Below are positions 60,754 to 64,000 of a DNA stretch of 64,000 bases, piece by piece (within the stretch, counting starts at the first letter, position 1; each line of letters begins with the position of its first letter). The position numbers and the translations under genes are program-made. The notes under the pieces are model-generated. The model searched no databases, was not told the DNA's origin, and worked only from the letters and a program-made list of their open reading frames with translations. This DNA comes from Camelus ferus (taxonomy: Eukaryota). The stretch lies in the NCBI RefSeq assembly GCF_009834535.1, contig NC_045697.1, forward strand, positions 68,264,001 through 68,328,000, read 5' to 3'.

Positions 60754-61372
60754 TTTGTTTGTTTGTTTTAATTTTATTTTTTTAATCGAAGTGTAGTCAG
60801 TTTATAATGTATTAATTTCTGGTATACAGCATAGTGATTCAGTTATATATAGATATAGATACAGATATATATTCCTTTTCATATTCTTTTTCACAGGCTA
60901 TTACAAGGTATTGAATATAATTCATTGTGCTATACATAGGACCTTATTGTTTTTATGTTTTATATATAGTAGTTAGTATCTGCAAATCCCGAACTCCCAA
61001 TTTTATCCTTCCACTCCCCTCATTCCCCACTGGTAACCATAAGTTTGTTTCCTATGTCTGTGAATCTATTTCTGTTTTGTAAATAAGTTCATTTGTATCA
61101 TTTTTCAGATTCCACATATAAGTGACATCATATCGTGGTTTTCTTTCTCTTTCTGGCTTACTTCACTTAGTATGACAAGCTCCAGGTCTATCCATGTTGC
61201 TGCAAATAGCATTATTATTTTTTGTATGTCTGAATAATATTCCATTCTGTGTATATATATATAACATATATACCACAACTTCTTCATCTAGTCATCTGTC
61301 AATGGACATTTAGGTTGCCTCCATATCTTGGCTATTGTAAATAGTGCTGCTATGAACATTGGGGTGCATGTA
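60754..61372 (-). mobile_element. 5'-truncated young LINE-1 3' end (camelid-like) with TSD
   Basis: ORF 61105..61287 (MEYYS...FAATWIDLELVILSEVSQKEK...MSLICGI) is the L1 ORF2 C-terminus. (TTTG)n/T tail; TSD core tatatttct at 60745-60753 and 61378-61386. Confidence 0.93.
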
Positions 61373-62014
61373 TCCAATATATTTCTAATTAGTCAGTAAA
61401 GCCTAGTTCATTTGATGACCTGGTTTATACCTACTTATGTAGCAATTTTGTATTCAAGATGTTTCAAGCTTCTATTTCACATTGCATAAACTAGTATGAT
61501 TCAGTTTTTCTATGTCTAATCAGAAAATTCTTATCTTGAATAATTTGAGATTATTTGATTATTTGGATGGGATTATAGAGAATATATTATGGAAAATAGA
61601 TACTATTGTAAGTGCAGCCATCATTTATATTACTGTTAGTCCAAGACCAATTAGGGTAGGGGAAGAAGGATATGAGAAGTATGGAGGCTCAAACCAAAAC
61701 ATTGCTTAATTATTTTTCATAGCTTCATTCATCATTTGTAATATGTATGAATAAAAATTCACTTTTCTGCTATAGATGTTAAAATTAATCTGCATAAGGA
61801 AGTAATAAACTGAGAAACTGTAGAATCCTGAATCAATCCTAGGCATCACTCACCATTTGATTAGTGAATCCAATGCTTGTTTATTACTATTCTCTATAAT
61901 ATTTTGCTTCTAATTTTAGTAGTAGCATACATTTATTAACTTTTTCTTTATTCCAAGTTTTCAGATTCTTTACTGTTGTGACTTTTTAATTGCAATTACT
62001 CGTAAGCCAATAGA

Positions 62015-62830
62015 TTAGTTAGCTATTGTATAACACACATTTCCTAGATTTAGTGAATTAAAAACAATCATTTATTATAATTCATAAGTCTGCAGGTCAT
62101 CTGGGCTATTCTGCTAATCTAGATTACTTGGATTGTTTATACATATGAGGTCTGTTGTTGGGTTGGCTGGGGGCTGGCTGGTGTTTGATTGCCTCACTCA
62201 CAAGTCTGAAGGTTAGCTGTCAGTAGGGGAAATAGGATAAACTAGACCACATGAGTCTCATCATCCAGCATCTTAGGTGATCTTGTTTACGTAGCCATCT
62301 CAAGGTTCCACAAAAGGGAAAGCAAAAACAAACAAGGGTTAGAATTCACCTGAATTCTGTTGTACTCGACTGGTCACCACAAATTACAAGGGCAGCCCAC
62401 ATTCAAGGGGTGAGGAATAAATGCTACTGCTTAATGTATGATTTGCAGTGTTACATTGCAAATATGGTATGGCTATAGAGAAAATATTAATTATAACTAT
62501 TGTTTGTAAATGATATTCCACAATCAACTTCCTGGCCACAATTGTTCACATCCATCCCATTTCAAGAGTCTCAGAATTCTGATCCACTTATGTTATTACA
62601 CTCAAAGTACACAGTCTCATGATTTATATCAGGTTTTGATATATTATAATTCACATAAAAAGACAAATTGTCTGACCTCATTCATGTAACTTATAAAGGA
62701 GGAACAGAGACAGATTAACTATAAAACCCAGTGGTACCCAAGGAGGGAAAGAATGAGAGGTCCATTGTAGTCACTGGTCCATAGTGATTCTGAAATCCTG
62801 CTGATTAATATTGTCATGACTCCTAAATGT
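62015..62830 (-). mobile_element. MaLR LTR (MLT1F/G/H-like, about 62015-62522) with adjoining internal sequence
   Basis: LTR motifs gggggctggctgg...gcctcactcac, cagcccacattcaagggg and gttacattgcaaa. It continues into MLT-int-like sequence (cctggccacaattgttcacatcc...gtcactggtccatagtgattctgaaatcc). Confidence 0.75.
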
Positions 62831-63419
62831 GGGGGAGTTTAAGTATATGAGCTTTTGTGAATGTGCTTCTTTGTATCTGTGTATGTAGCTAATTGTATTT
62901 TTTCTAACTTCACAGCTATAGAACTATTACGAAAGTGTACTGTATTATTGTTAGTAATTTAACACAAGACTGGGAGATTTAGGAAGTATGGGTGAACAAA
63001 AACTGCACATAAAATCGCTGTTTATGTTCTCCTTCAGAGGTAACCACAGGTAACACTACATGTTTTTAAGCATTTTGAAACTACATTCAATTTTTATTAA
63101 AAATAAAAAAACAAAATATAATACAGTATATATGGAAAACATAGTATACAGACAATCTAAATAATTTTATGTAAAAATATTTTTCTATTTTAATGTGTAG
63201 TTTGCTCCCATAAAATTATATTATTTGTTAAGGATGATAATATTTATTTAAATAAAATGTGTATTTTATATCAACCAAAATCATTTACCTGTCAACTAAA
63301 TTTTTAATTTTGCATTGAGAGGATTGGTAGCTTTTACACTCTCTTTTGTAGATTATTTAAATATGTGTGGGTTTTTTGTTGTTGTTTTTTGTTTTAGATT
63401 GTCAAAATTTGTGAAACAT

Positions 63420-63920
63420 ATTTTGCATTTTCAAGAGTAAGCAAAGAGATCAGTCTGGTTGGAGTTGGGTGAAGGAGTAAAGAATGTTGAGGGGAAGTGT
63501 AAAGTTTTAAAAGTAGCCACTGTGAAAATATATAGGACCTTACAGACCATGGCATGGAGTTTAGATCTTATTTTAATATCTGAGTAAACAGTGCAGAGCT
63601 TTGAGGGAGATGTGCATGATCACAGTTACAATTATAAGGAGAAAAAAAAGTGTATGATGGGGAAGGTGCAAGGTCAGTGGGGGAAAGAAACAAGGAGACA
63701 AGCCAGAGGACAACTTAAAAGGTCCATTGGTGAGATGATAGTATCTTGAATTGGTTGGTCACTCTTTAGCATATGAGAAGTAAATGGGCTCTGAATGTAT
63801 TTTCAGTGTAGAGTTAATAAGATTTGCTGATAAATCAGATGGGGATATGAGAGGGGTGGCTGTAAGGCTTATGTGTCGAATTAGTACATGAAAAAGTACC
63901 ACTTTTTAAGAAAAGTTAGT
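63420..63920 (-). mobile_element. L2 fragment
   Basis: ggaccttacagaccatggcatggagtttagatcttattt...tgagatgatagtatcttgaa...taagatttgctgataaatcagatggggatatgagagg. Confidence 0.75.
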
Positions 63921-64000
63921 GTAATAATTTGAGGGGTTGGTTGTTATTATTATTGTTGGTGTTGGTGCTGTTGTTTTAAATTATTTTGTGGTTTCTTGAT

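Noticed and set aside
1..64000. tRNA, rRNA, snRNA, CRISPR array, CpG-island promoter, processed pseudogene
   Set aside because: None recognised by eye; the sequence is mammalian non-coding DNA with no regularly spaced repeat array and no extended CpG-rich region.

Overview
This is AT-rich, CpG-depleted, non-coding mammalian DNA (intergenic or deep intronic). I found no recognisable protein-coding exon, RNA gene or CpG island. The ORF-track entries with a recognisable origin are decayed LINE-1 or LTR sequence, and the rest look like chance ORFs. Much of the window is a layered transposon record: ancient L2, MIR and CR1/L3 fragments; old L1ME/L1MC copies; MaLR and ERVL LTRs; hAT and Tigger MITEs; several ERV1-type solo LTRs, three with perfect 4-bp target-site duplications (TSDs); an ERV env/PPT/3'LTR remnant; and younger 5'-truncated L1 3' ends with TSDs. 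The young L1 3' UTRs look cetartiodactyl. I saw no Bov-A/BovB, PRE-1 or CHR-2 SINEs, so a camelid is the best guess (inference). The most interesting unexplained signal is a ~240-bp non-repeat nested inverted repeat at 12002-12238. Its wobble pairs work only in + strand RNA, so it is a candidate structured RNA or ADAR substrate, or an unannotated ancient MITE. Other notable items are a twin-primed 5'-inverted L1, an L1 with a MIR-like 3' tail inside its TSDs, a MER41-like LTR with a STAT-type palindrome, and a few candidate non-coding or micro-exons. Repeat subfamily names come from memory of consensus sequences and need RepeatMasker/Dfam confirmation. Boundaries without TSDs are approximate. 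Sequence alone does not establish a new biological system here.
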